Notes under the pieces: model-generated
The model's input: only the letters and a program-made list of their open reading frames with translations
Databases searched by the model: none
What the model was told of the DNA's origin: nothing
Translations under genes and position numbers: made by a program
DNA from: a virus
Lineage: Duplodnaviria > Caudoviricetes
IMG/VR virus record: IMGVR_UViG_3300005805_000098
Span: 1-59,304 of that record
Length of the DNA: 59,304 bases
Reading direction: 5' to 3' (one strand)
Part shown: piece by piece, positions 9,381-18,287 of the stretch
Numbering within the stretch: the stretch's first letter is position 1
Layout of the letters: each line of letters begins with the position of its first letter

Positions 9381-9710
9381 ATGCCAACAATTTATAAGGT
9401 TCTGGGCCAGTCAGCCCCAGCAGCAACCACTTTAACAACGCTTTACACAGTGCCAGCATCTACAGATACTGTGGTCTCTACAATTGCAATTTGCAACCGT
9501 GCAGGAACATCGGGCACATACCGTATTGCGGTTCGTCCAGCAGGTGCATCCGTTGCTAACCAACACTACATTGTCTACGGTGCAACTGTAGCAGCCTCTG
9601 ACTCAGTGCTTTTAACTTTAGGTATTACACTGGACGCAACTGACGTAATTAGTGTGTATGCCTCTTCTGCTGACATGTCATTCACAGCGTTCGGAAGCGA
9701 GATTTCGTAA
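9381..9710 (+). CDS. Small virion protein (fibre-associated)
   Basis: MPTIYKVLGQSAP..TTLYTVP...FGSEIS beta-rich protein of a type found ahead of fibre genes; AAGGAG SD. Confidence 0.6.
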   Translation: MPTIYKVLGQSAPAATTLTTLYTVPASTDTVVSTIAICNRAGTSGTYRIAVRPAGASVANQHYIVYGATVAASDSVLLTLGITLDATDVISVYASSADMSFTAFGSEIS

Positions 9711-9711
9711 T

Positions 9712-11121
9712 ATGGCAACAAGGAAGGCTAGTGATTCAAATTTAACTGGCAAAAAGTATAACGATGCCTCTGCTGGTACTTCAAAAATAGTAGACGTTCC
9801 TGATACTCCTACTGCAATAAGTGCTTCATATGTTACAGGAACTCAAGCAACAGTTACTTTAACTGCTGCAACTACTGGAGGAATCCCCTCTACCTATACG
9901 GTAACTTCTACTCCAGGTTCTCTCACTGCAACTAGCGCTTCACCAGTTACTGTTACTGGTCTTAGTGCTGGTACAACATACACTTTTACAGCCAAAGCAA
10001 ACAATGCTACAGGCTCATCCCCATCAACTGCTGCAAGTAATTCAATTACCACAGGAAGCGTGCCTGGTGCACCTACTAGCGTTAGTGCGACAGCCTATAA
10101 CACACAGGCTTTGGTTTCTTGGACAGCCCCAGCAAATGTTGGTGGAGGAGCGTTAATTGACTACACAATAACTTCAAGTCCAGGAAGTATTACAAAAACC
10201 ACTACAGGAACAAACACCTCTGCAACTGTAACAGGTTTAACAAACGGGACTTCATATACATTTACAGTTACAGCCCGAAATGCAATCGGCTCTTCTGTAG
10301 CATCGTCTGCTTCTTCAGCAGTAACTCCTGTTGCTGCCACATTGCGTCACACAGGAAACACATCTGGAACGTTCAATCTTCCATCAGGATTTGGAAATAC
10401 TGATACACCATTGCTTGCATCTGTTTATACCTTCGGTGGCGGCGGTGGCGGCGGAGGCGGTGCTGGCGGTCAGTATTACTCATCTGAACAATCAGGTGGC
10501 GGTGGCGGTGGTTCTGGAAGAATTGCGGAAGGAACTCTTACATTGAACACTGCAGTCTCGTACACAGTTGGAGGTGGTGGCTCTTTTGGTAACGCAGGTG
10601 GTGCTTACGCAAACGGCAATAACGGTGCTGACGGTGGTGCGACAACCTTCTCTAATTTAACTGCAAATGGTGGACAGGGCGGTAAAGGTGGAGTATTCAA
10701 CGATAGCGTTGCTGCTGATGGAGGCGATGGTGGAAGCGGTGGCGGTGGTGGTTCTCGTTACGGCTCCATAGAGGCAGGAGGTGCTGGCGGTAGTGCTGGT
10801 AATGCAGGACAGGCACGTGGCAATCAACTCGGAGGTAATGGTCAAGGGAACTCCAGTGCTGCGGGTGGTGGCGGAGGTGGCGGAAACCGCAACAACAACG
10901 TAGGTGGTCAATCAGGCGGAACTGGAGGTGCCGCTGTTTCTGGATTTGGTGGACGAGGTGGAAATGGTGTAGCGGGTCAAGGAGACCCAGCCAGTACAAC
11001 TGCGGCTACAACTCCAGGCGGTGGAGGCGGAGGCGGTGGCGGTGGCGGTCCATATGGTTTAGCCAATCAAGCAACGAGAGGAACCTCTGGCGTTGGTGGT
11101 GGAGTCCTTGTCTACTACTAA
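9712..11121 (+). CDS. Fibronectin type III + glycine-rich fibre/receptor-binding protein
   Basis: Two FN3 domains (VTGL.AGTTYTFTA.A.N; VSWTAP...VTGLTNGTSYTFTVTARNAIG) and a Gly-rich C-terminal domain. Start placed at ATG 9712. Confidence 0.75.
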   Translation: MATRKASDSNLTGKKYNDASAGTSKIVDVPDTPTAISASYVTGTQATVTLTAATTGGIPSTYTVTSTPGSLTATSASPVTVTGLSAGTTYTFTAKANNATGSSPSTAASNSITTGSVPGAPTSVSATAYNTQALVSWTAPANVGGGALIDYTITSSPGSITKTTTGTNTSATVTGLTNGTSYTFTVTARNAIGSSVASSASSAVTPVAATLRHTGNTSGTFNLPSGFGNTDTPLLASVYTFGGGGGGGGGAGGQYYSSEQSGGGGGGSGRIAEGTLTLNTAVSYTVGGGGSFGNAGGAYANGNNGADGGATTFSNLTANGGQGGKGGVFNDSVAADGGDGGSGGGGGSRYGSIEAGGAGGSAGNAGQARGNQLGGNGQGNSSAAGGGGGGGNRNNNVGGQSGGTGGAAVSGFGGRGGNGVAGQGDPASTTAATTPGGGGGGGGGGGPYGLANQATRGTSGVGGGVLVYY

Positions 11122-11133
11122 GAGGAGCGTGAA

Positions 11134-11511
11134 ATGACTGTAATCTATTATGCGTTTTTAAACGCCAACAATGTATGCACAGACTACACTTCTTTCGACT
11201 CTAACCATACTCCAGAATTTTTGGAATGGGTAAAGACATCTGTTGTTAAAGCAGAGAAAGCCATAAAATGGGAACCAGAATTTGGTGGCTGTGGACCTGG
11301 GTTTACTTGGAATGAGGAACACCAATATTTTGTTCCTCCAAACAGCACTGAAAACTTTATTTGGGATTGGGAAAAGAAGTCCTACGTTCCCTCAATACCC
11401 AAACCAGAGTCGCCAAATACTGCAGAAGGTTGGGATTGGGGTTGGGACCACTCGTCTGTGTCTTGGATTCAAGTTCCTAGGTCACTTTCAGAGGAAACCC
11501 CAGAAGTATAG
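11134..11511 (+). CDS. Trp/Pro-rich fibre-associated protein
   Basis: GPGFTW...FVPP...W.W...P.PKP...W.WD pattern usually follows Gly-rich fibres; GAGGAG SD. Confidence 0.55.
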   Translation: MTVIYYAFLNANNVCTDYTSFDSNHTPEFLEWVKTSVVKAEKAIKWEPEFGGCGPGFTWNEEHQYFVPPNSTENFIWDWEKKSYVPSIPKPESPNTAEGWDWGWDHSSVSWIQVPRSLSEETPEV

Positions 11512-11555
11512 CCTCTCTAACTTTTATGATGTAGACTCGTTTTTAAAGGAGCGCT

Positions 11556-12293
11556 ATGTCTACAAAAGAATCAGTAAACGTTTATTGGTCTAGTTTTTTT
11601 GTCGAACCTGGACAACATTGGAACATGCTATATCAAACCCCTACAACATTATTTGAAGAATTAAAGCAAAACAGAAACGCAGAGGTTAGCGCTTCAGCAT
11701 CGTTCTTAATGTGTCCAGCAGTGTCGGAAAAATTTAAAAAAACCTATGTTTTTAGAAATACACTTACATCTAAATTTATCTTTAAAGAAGATAATATCTT
11801 CTCTGTTTTACCAGAAAGTCAACCTTTTATTGGAATAAGGTCTATAAGAAAACCTACAATAAAAAACACAAATATTTTTCAATACAATATGTATTGGATT
11901 TTCTTTTCAGAGGAACCTTTAATTGCCGATTTTACGTCTCCATACTTTCATAAACCAATGTATACCCAATACGGAACTTTAATTTCTGGAAAATTTGATA
12001 TTGGCTCGTGGTTTCGACCAGTCAATGCTGAAATAATGACCTGGGAATCAGAAGGTAAATTAGAGTTTCAAGAGGGAGAGCCTTTAATGTATGCGCATTT
12101 TAACACTGAAAAAAAAGTAAATTTAGTGCAATTTAGAGTTAATCAACAACTAATTAACTACTCTCAAGAGTGTGTTGCATCTCCAAAACAATACGGGTCT
12201 TTTTTATCATTAAAAAACAGATATACTAGGTTTAAACAAACAAACATGCAATCTTTGGTTTTAAAAGAAATAAAGAAAACATTAGGAGAATAA
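11556..12293 (+). CDS. Hypothetical protein, DUF6065/dUTPase-like fold (paralogue 1)
   Basis: FLMCPA, GKFDIGSWFRP, EGEPLMY; distantly similar to the 12293 and 16281 ORFs; AT-rich. Confidence 0.45.
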   Translation: MSTKESVNVYWSSFFVEPGQHWNMLYQTPTTLFEELKQNRNAEVSASASFLMCPAVSEKFKKTYVFRNTLTSKFIFKEDNIFSVLPESQPFIGIRSIRKPTIKNTNIFQYNMYWIFFSEEPLIADFTSPYFHKPMYTQYGTLISGKFDIGSWFRPVNAEIMTWESEGKLEFQEGEPLMYAHFNTEKKVNLVQFRVNQQLINYSQECVASPKQYGSFLSLKNRYTRFKQTNMQSLVLKEIKKTLGE

Positions 12294-13012
12294 TGTTACG
12301 TAAAAATAAAATAACATTTACCAATGTTTTTAAAAATTATGATTTTTCTTTTGCAACTCCAAAACCTGCATCAAAAGTTCTCCCACAATGGTATAAAGAA
12401 ATGCCTTCTTACAGCACAGAAGACGGTAAAAAAACACCACCAAAGGGTCCTGGAACAACTGCTACTATTAAAAAGTGTGTTCCAGTTTTTGATGCATTAA
12501 CTAGTGGCTATATCTTGACAACTGTTACAGACGTCTACGTCAGAGACTCTGATAATGGAATATTTCCTTATTTTCAATGGATTGACTTCAATGCTATAGA
12601 GTTCCACCCCGTAGTTCAAGCAGAAAAGTATCCTGGAGTAAACGAAACCAGTCCACCATTTCCCAAATGGATGAGTCCCTGGTCAATTAAAACTCCTAAA
12701 GGATACTCGTGTCTGTTTATTGCCCCTATGCACCAAAACAATGAATACTTTAAAATATTGCCTGGAATAGTTGACACTGATAAATATGCAAGCCCTGTTA
12801 ATTTTCCATTCATTTTAAAACCAGGGTTTAGAGGACTAATACCAGTAGGAACTCCCATGGCTCAAGTAATACCTTTTAAAAGAGAGTCTTGGAAGATGAA
12901 CCTTGGAGGAGAAGATGAACAGCAAAAAGTTCATAAAGAATTAAACATAATAAAATCTCGTTTTTTTGACGCATATAGAAGCATAATGTGGACTAAAAAA
13001 GAGTTTACCTAA
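12293..13012 (+). CDS. Hypothetical protein, DUF6065/dUTPase-like fold (paralogue 2)
   Basis: TIKKCVP.FDA.TSGY, WSIKTPKGYSCLF..P, GIVDTD, GTPMAQVIPFKRESWK. Confidence 0.55.
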   Translation: MLRKNKITFTNVFKNYDFSFATPKPASKVLPQWYKEMPSYSTEDGKKTPPKGPGTTATIKKCVPVFDALTSGYILTTVTDVYVRDSDNGIFPYFQWIDFNAIEFHPVVQAEKYPGVNETSPPFPKWMSPWSIKTPKGYSCLFIAPMHQNNEYFKILPGIVDTDKYASPVNFPFILKPGFRGLIPVGTPMAQVIPFKRESWKMNLGGEDEQQKVHKELNIIKSRFFDAYRSIMWTKKEFT

Positions 13013-13013
13013 A

Positions 13014-13934
13014 ATGATTGTTTATTGGGCAAAACTAGATTCTAATTATACAATTACAGAGATACTTGTTTTTGATGGTAAAATTTCGGACCAAACAATA
13101 CAAAAATATTTAAACTCTAATTTTGAAGGACACTGGATTAAAGCATCTTATAAACTCGATGAGACCTCACCTGATATTCCGATAAAAGGTAATCTTCCAG
13201 GAATTGGTCACAAATATGATGCTTCTTCTAATTTCATAATGCCTACAAAACCTCATTCTTCTTGGATAATAGACACAAAAACAGCACAATGGAAACCTCC
13301 AATTGAAAAACCAGACGGTGGATTTTGGAAATGGAAAGAAGAATTAGGAGACTGGATTGAAGAAGAGACGGAAAATCTTCCACACGATGTAACTACCATT
13401 TATTTTACAGACCTAATTTCGTGTGGGTTTCCAAGAAGTGGAAACACGTATTTATGTTCGGCTTTAGGAGACTTGTTTGGAAATAACCGCCCAGTTAAAG
13501 TAAATCATAACGTAAGTATTTTTGACACAAAAAATACGGTCATAGTTCCAATACGAGACCCACTAAACTCGTTAGTTTCGTTACATTTTATGAACTTTGA
13601 ACCAGCAAAAAATAACATAAAATACTTTATTAGATTTTACAACGCCCTTTTAAAAAATAAAGACAAACTAATAGTATTAAACTTCAATAATTTTACAACA
13701 GACCTTTTTTATATAAAACATAAAATTCAACAATTTTATGGTTTAAAAGCCGACAATAAGGTTACTTTGGAGTCTATAAAAGTTAATATGCAGAAAGACA
13801 GTAGGGGAGTAAATTTGCCTCAAAGAGACCCTCATCGCCTATCAAAAGAAGATGAAGTAAAGTCTGCTTTAGTAAGTGATGCGTCGTTTTTGGAATGTGT
13901 GAACTTGTACAACCAAATTAACCAACTGTCCTAA
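13014..13934 (+). CDS. Fibre-associated N-terminal domain fused to sulfotransferase-like domain
   Basis: N-terminus resembles the 11134 ORF. C-terminus has GFPRSGNTYL (5'-PSB loop) and IRDP..S..S (3'-PB). Confidence 0.6.
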   Translation: MIVYWAKLDSNYTITEILVFDGKISDQTIQKYLNSNFEGHWIKASYKLDETSPDIPIKGNLPGIGHKYDASSNFIMPTKPHSSWIIDTKTAQWKPPIEKPDGGFWKWKEELGDWIEEETENLPHDVTTIYFTDLISCGFPRSGNTYLCSALGDLFGNNRPVKVNHNVSIFDTKNTVIVPIRDPLNSLVSLHFMNFEPAKNNIKYFIRFYNALLKNKDKLIVLNFNNFTTDLFYIKHKIQQFYGLKADNKVTLESIKVNMQKDSRGVNLPQRDPHRLSKEDEVKSALVSDASFLECVNLYNQINQLS

Positions 13935-13980
13935 TACTTTATAGGACCTACAACAGGCTTCTTTAGGAGACAATGAACCT

Positions 13981-14514
13981 ATGCGTGGCAATCGGGTAGA
14001 AGGCCGTTTCAAAATAGACTATGAAACCTCATCTATGGATGAGGGCATGGTCGATGAGTTGCGTCTACCTGTAGGTACAACGGTTGATTGGTGGACTTGG
14101 AACCCTGCTGCGTTTGTCGCAGACTATGAAGAGTACATAGACCCAATCTATGACACCTCTAATCAAACCGATGGTCTTGGTCGTCGTTGGGATGAGCCTT
14201 TTGATATGCCAGTAATTTTGGCGCAACAGATTCGTGGCCAGAATGTCATGAACGAACGAGGCTTCTATACAATAGATACTTTGCGCCTTGTAATAGCGGT
14301 AGATGACATAAACCGTCTTCTACCAGACATCATTACCAACCCTACTGACCACATCAAAGACAGGGTAATTTTTCAAAACTCTGTATTCACGCCTACGAGG
14401 GTAAATCCACGAGGCAGATACAAAGAAAGGTATTCCGTAGTTACAATTGACTTGAACCAGGTCAATGCTGAAGAATTGGTCAACGACCCTCAGTTTCAGG
14501 CGTACGCAGAATAG
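13981..14514 (+). CDS. Putative head closure/neck protein
   Basis: 177-aa ORF ahead of tail-completion genes; beta-rich C-terminus. Confidence 0.45.
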   Translation: MRGNRVEGRFKIDYETSSMDEGMVDELRLPVGTTVDWWTWNPAAFVADYEEYIDPIYDTSNQTDGLGRRWDEPFDMPVILAQQIRGQNVMNERGFYTIDTLRLVIAVDDINRLLPDIITNPTDHIKDRVIFQNSVFTPTRVNPRGRYKERYSVVTIDLNQVNAEELVNDPQFQAYAE

Positions 14515-14521
14515 GAGAGAC

Positions 14522-14659
14522 ATGGACTTCGAGCCAGAACTTGACCCCGATTTATTTGATGAAGATTTATTGAACGAAATTGACAAAGAATTTGACCTTG
14601 CAGAAGACTATGATGACCATTACGCAGATGAAGAAGAACTAGAAGAAGAGGACATCTAA
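14522..14659 (+). CDS. Highly acidic 45-aa protein
   Basis: MDFEPELDPDLFDEDLL...EEELEEEDI; AGGAGAG SD; stop overlaps next ATG. Confidence 0.6.
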   Translation: MDFEPELDPDLFDEDLLNEIDKEFDLAEDYDDHYADEEELEEEDI

Positions 14660-14838
14660 TGGCTAAGAGAGCAACTGCAAAGCAAAAAGGCAAAGTAGAA
14701 AAAGTAATGCGTGAATACAAGGCTGGAACTTTAAAGTCTGGCAAGAAAGGTCCAGGAAAAGGACCAAAAGTTAAGTCACGTAAACAGGCCGTTGCTATCG
14801 CTATGAGCGAAGCAGGAATGTCCAAAAAGAAAAAATGA
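14659..14838 (+). CDS. Basic 59-aa protein, DUF6496-like (missing from ORF track)
   Basis: MAKRATAKQKGKVEKVMREYKAGTLKSGKKGPGKGPKVKSRKQAVAIAMSEAGMSKKKK. Confidence 0.75.
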   Translation: MAKRATAKQKGKVEKVMREYKAGTLKSGKKGPGKGPKVKSRKQAVAIAMSEAGMSKKKK

Positions 14839-15023
14839 TAAAGCGACGTAAAAGAACGCCTGGTGCTCGCGCAGGAAAAGCCCCCTCTAAACAAGTAAGG
14901 ACAACTTTAACTGAAGCAAAGTATTCTTCAGGTGGCGCCAAATTAAAACGTAAAAAGGGTGGCTTTGTAAGAAAGCCAAAGCCTCCTATTCGCTACAAAA
15001 AGAAAGCGATTAAATTCGACTAA
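14835..15023 (+). CDS. Lys/Arg-rich small protein
   Basis: 62 aa, ATGA/TAATG coupling on both sides. Confidence 0.55.
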   Translation: MIKRRKRTPGARAGKAPSKQVRTTLTEAKYSSGGAKLKRKKGGFVRKPKPPIRYKKKAIKFD

Positions 15024-15253
15024 TGGCTAAAACAGTCAAGGTTCAAGGGATTAAACACACCGTAAAGAAGAACAAGAAGGGCGATGTCGTTGTTGACCAT
15101 GAGGCCAAGGCTAAGGCTGGTAAATGGGACAAGATTAACTTGACCAAAAAAGGCGGTTCTAAAACCGTTGACGAGGGCGTTAAGGCTGTAAGAGATTGGC
15201 ATAAGAAAAATCCTCATAAGAAGGTGAAACGTGGCAGCAAAAAAGACAAGTAA
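15023..15253 (+). CDS. Lys-rich small protein
   Basis: 76 aa, coupled start. Confidence 0.6.
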   Translation: MAKTVKVQGIKHTVKKNKKGDVVVDHEAKAKAGKWDKINLTKKGGSKTVDEGVKAVRDWHKKNPHKKVKRGSKKDK

Positions 15254-15422
15254 GTCAAAAGTAAACCAAGCAGGTAACTACACCAAGCCTGGTATGCGAA
15301 AAGCGCTTTTCAATAAAATTAAGGCTGGCTCCAAGGGTGGAGACCCTGGAGAATGGTCAGCCCGTAAAGCCCAACTTCTTGCTTCCGAGTATAAGAAGAA
15401 GGGCGGAGGGTACAAGAACTAG
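15231..15422 (+). CDS. DUF5872-like protein, N-terminal half
   Basis: NYTKP..R...IKAGSKGGDPGEWSARKAQLLASEYKKKGGGY. Confidence 0.65.
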   Translation: MAAKKTSKSKVNQAGNYTKPGMRKALFNKIKAGSKGGDPGEWSARKAQLLASEYKKKGGGYKN

Positions 15423-15423
15423 A

Positions 15424-15660
15424 ATGGCCCTTGCTAAATCACAGCAGTCACTCAAAAAGTGGACACAACAAAAGTGGCGCACTTCAGATGGCTCTCCTTC
15501 TAAAGGTAAAAAGAGATACTTGCCAGATAAGGCATGGGATTCTCTTTCTCCTTCAGAAAAGGCTGCTACCAATCGCGCAAAAGCGAAAGGTAACAAGGCT
15601 GGTAAGCAGTTCGTAAGACAACCAAAGAAGATTGCCGCAAAGACGGCAAGACACCGATAG
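15424..15660 (+). CDS. DUF5872-like protein, C-terminal half
   Basis: SQQSLKKWTQQKWRT...RYLPDKAWDSLS..EKAATNRAK...GKQFV; start at ATG 15424. Confidence 0.65.
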   Translation: MALAKSQQSLKKWTQQKWRTSDGSPSKGKKRYLPDKAWDSLSPSEKAATNRAKAKGNKAGKQFVRQPKKIAAKTARHR

Positions 15661-15669
15661 GAGATACCC

Positions 15670-15789
15670 ATGTGCTCAACCTGTGGCTGCATGAAGCCAA
15701 AAGACAAGCACGGTGAGAAGACTCTCGCTGCTGCCAATAAAAAGTATGCCAAAAAGAAGGATGACAAAAAGAAGAAGGAGAAGAAGTAA
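15670..15789 (+). CDS. 39-aa Cys/Lys-rich micro-protein (missing from ORF track)
   Basis: MCSTCGCMKPKDKHGEKTLAAANKKYAKKKDDKKKKEKK; AGGAG SD. Confidence 0.6.
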   Translation: MCSTCGCMKPKDKHGEKTLAAANKKYAKKKDDKKKKEKK

Positions 15790-15854
15790 TGGCTCTCTCC
15801 TGCAAAGCAAAAACTTGTAAATGCCCCTGCAAAGTTTGCAAAGGAAAGAAATAA
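15789..15854 (+). CDS. 21-aa Cys/Lys micro-peptide (missing from ORF track)
   Basis: MALSCKAKTCKCPCKVCKGKK; TAATG overlaps at both ends. Confidence 0.5.
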   Translation: MALSCKAKTCKCPCKVCKGKK

Positions 15855-16000
15855 TGGCGCTAAAAGGTAAGCAGACCAAACTAGACCTCAATAAGAACGG
15901 CAAACTAGATAAGCAAGACTTCTCAATGCTACGTGGCAAGAAAGGCGCTGCTAAGGCAAAGGGCAAGACACAGGCTATGCCTAGAAAGAAGGGCATGTAA
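15854..16000 (+). CDS. 48-aa basic protein with EF-hand-like loop (missing from ORF track)
   Basis: MALKGKQTKLDLNKNGKLDKQDFSMLRGKK...; TAATG overlaps at both ends. Confidence 0.6.
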   Translation: MALKGKQTKLDLNKNGKLDKQDFSMLRGKKGAAKAKGKTQAMPRKKGM

Positions 16001-16260
16001 TGGCCAAGTACACTAAAGAAGCCGATGAAAAAAAAGACAAAGGCCTTTTAAAAAAGGCTGGCTTTGAAAAAGAGCAAAAAGAAGAGTTTGAAAAGAAGGA
16101 CAAGGCTCACGGTAAAAAGAAGAAGCCAAAGACTCTCGAAGAAGACAAAAAGATTGATAAGAAGATTATCAAGGGCATAAAGAAGAAAGAAAAGGCTCAC
16201 GAAAAGAAGGAAGGCAAAAAGGGCGAAAAGGCCGAAGAAAAGCGGGAAAAGAAAAAGTAA
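16000..16260 (+). CDS. Lys/Glu-rich low-complexity protein
   Basis: 86 aa, coupled start. Confidence 0.6.
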   Translation: MAKYTKEADEKKDKGLLKKAGFEKEQKEEFEKKDKAHGKKKKPKTLEEDKKIDKKIIKGIKKKEKAHEKKEGKKGEKAEEKREKKK

Positions 16261-16280
16261 ACAAAAATAGGAGGGCTAAA

Positions 16281-17012
16281 ATGAAACTGCAAAACAATGT
16301 TTTGCAATTTTATCCTGTAACAGAAGATACTCTTAGTTGGTCTGAACCCCCACAACCTGGAATTAGGTCAAACATACCTAATTGGTTAAGAAAAACTCCC
16401 AAGTACCGATATGGACAAACGAAGTTTGTTTTTGAGGGAGAATCAAACCTTTCTATACGTAATTGCATACCTTTTTTAGAGTCGTTTACGACTGGGTATG
16501 TGATGACACTGCCTTGCGATATCCAGGTACGTACACTTGAAGATGGAAGTCCTAGAATAACTTGGGGAGGGTCCAACTTTCCAAATGCTCCAGTAACTTC
16601 ACGACCTTTTGATGAGGTACAGTATCCGCAGGTTCCCTTAATGGAAGGGTTTGATAGGTTACAGTTTAACTGGATGCCGCAATGGTCAGTTAAAACTAAA
16701 AAAGGTTACAGTTGTCTATTTATTCACCCCATAAATAGAGTGGATTTGCCATTTTACACTTTAGGAGGGGTAGTTGATACTGACAGATGGGGAGAGGCAG
16801 GAAACCACCCCTTCTTATTAAAGAAAGGTTGGGAGGGGATAATAGAAAAGGGAACACCTGTTGTTCAGATAATCCCTTTTAAACGAGAATCCTGGAAATC
16901 CGAACTAAAACAGGCTTTATTTCCAGAATATCTAAAAAAGATACGGGAAAGAGATAGGACCTTAATAGGGTGGTATAAAAAGAACGCTTGGGCTACGAAA
17001 TCCTACAAATAA
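16281..17012 (+). CDS. Hypothetical protein, DUF6065/dUTPase-like fold (paralogue 3)
   Basis: Clear paralogue of the 12293 ORF (WSVKTKKGYSCLFIHP, GVVDTD, GTPVVQIIPFKRESWK); GGAGG SD. Confidence 0.55.
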   Translation: MKLQNNVLQFYPVTEDTLSWSEPPQPGIRSNIPNWLRKTPKYRYGQTKFVFEGESNLSIRNCIPFLESFTTGYVMTLPCDIQVRTLEDGSPRITWGGSNFPNAPVTSRPFDEVQYPQVPLMEGFDRLQFNWMPQWSVKTKKGYSCLFIHPINRVDLPFYTLGGVVDTDRWGEAGNHPFLLKKGWEGIIEKGTPVVQIIPFKRESWKSELKQALFPEYLKKIRERDRTLIGWYKKNAWATKSYK

Positions 17013-17119
17013 ACGATTTAGTTGACCTGAAAAAGGGGTTAATAGAACGTATTCTTGTCTCATCGGAAATCCGTGCGGACTCCGTGTAGTGCCCACTACT
17101 TGCGACAAAGGGGATTGTT

Positions 17120-17305
17120 ATGGCTTGGAAGCCTTGGTATGAGCGTGCAGTCGATATGCACGGTAAAGAAGAAGTCGAAGAGTTCATGCGTGGCGTGTTT
17201 GGATACCGCCCTAAATACCGTGAACCAATAATCGCTGGCCTTGTCGCAGGGTATGTTGGTGGAAAAGTTGCCTCCTCCTCTGCGAAACGAGCCAAGAAGA
17301 AGTGA
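17120..17305 (+). CDS. Small hypothetical protein
   Basis: 61 aa with a hydrophobic GxxxG segment. Confidence 0.5.
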   Translation: MAWKPWYERAVDMHGKEEVEEFMRGVFGYRPKYREPIIAGLVAGYVGGKVASSSAKRAKKK

Positions 17306-17616
17306 CCTTATCTAAATTCAATTCTGCTTTAAAGTCCGCTAGTCACGAGACTACGAGGCTTATGTCTGCACGTCTTCGTTCCGAAGCACAAGCAAGCGGT
17401 TGGCCTTCAGATGTATCTCGTACTCTTCGTGTTACTCACGGCAAGGATGGCTTTGAAGCCCACGTAGCCAAAAATAAGTATGAAAAGGCTATGGACCTTG
17501 AATACGGTACCCCCAGCACTCAACCAACTGCTGCTGTACGCCGTTTCAAGAATAGACAAGAAGAAGCAGAGCATTTTTTTCTTGGGCGCTTAGAGAAACA
17601 CTTTGGTGACCTATGA
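17302..17616 (+). CDS. Putative tail-completion protein (HK97 gp10-like)
   Basis: LEYGT...P motif; position before terminator and sheath genes. Confidence 0.5.
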   Translation: MTLSKFNSALKSASHETTRLMSARLRSEAQASGWPSDVSRTLRVTHGKDGFEAHVAKNKYEKAMDLEYGTPSTQPTAAVRRFKNRQEEAEHFFLGRLEKHFGDL

Positions 17617-18287
17617 GTTTTCTATTAGCCGAAGACGAAGCCCTTCGTAACCTACTTCTTGGCATGACTGTTACAGACCAAAAGTCAGTCAATGAAGAGG
17701 GTCCTCAACGAACCGTAGGTGTTTGGTTCGGTCAACCTGACCAAGAATTACGCGACCAGAGATATCCTTACATAACCATAGACATGGTAGATATCGCAGA
17801 AGATTTTTCACGCTCAATGCGTGGCAGAGTAAAGCCTAAGTATCTTGCTGACCCAGAAACAATGGGAACTTCTGAAGATGACTGGGATAATGATTTGCAT
17901 GGATGGGAAGTTGATTTTCCTATTCCAGTAAATATTGACTATCAAATCACTACTTACGCTCGTCAACCACGTCATGACCGCCAAATATTGGCGCAATTAC
18001 TATACACAAAGATTCCACTTCGATTTGCCATTTTAGAAACGGGACCAAATACCGTTGCTGGAACAAATCGTCGCTTGGATGTTCTGGATATTGCTAAACG
18101 CGATGTGTCAGAAAACGGAAAGCGTTTATTTGTAAACGCAATCACGGTGCGTGTCTCTAGCGAGATAGCACCAGCCACATACAAGAAACTCTACAAGGTA
18201 CAAAACCTCGAAATCACAGGAACAGACGACAACCCTCAATTGGGTCGTGGCGAGTTCACTGCAATAGACACGATTACCATACCTTAA
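17613..18287 (+). CDS. Putative tail terminator protein
   Basis: YPYITID, P.PVNIDYQIT motifs; immediately precedes the sheath gene. Confidence 0.55.
   Translation: MSFLLAEDEALRNLLLGMTVTDQKSVNEEGPQRTVGVWFGQPDQELRDQRYPYITIDMVDIAEDFSRSMRGRVKPKYLADPETMGTSEDDWDNDLHGWEVDFPIPVNIDYQITTYARQPRHDRQILAQLLYTKIPLRFAILETGPNTVAGTNRRLDVLDIAKRDVSENGKRLFVNAITVRVSSEIAPATYKKLYKVQNLEITGTDDNPQLGRGEFTAIDTITIP

Noticed and set aside
14320-15996. Minus-strand Phe/Leu-rich ORFs opposite the Lys-rich array
   Set aside because: They are the antisense shadow of AAG/AAA codons; the plus-strand ORFs show RBSs and coupling.
17041-17119. Structured intergenic segment as a tRNA or known riboswitch
   Set aside because: No cloverleaf, no TTC T-loop and no recognisable aptamer consensus; kept only as a leader motif.
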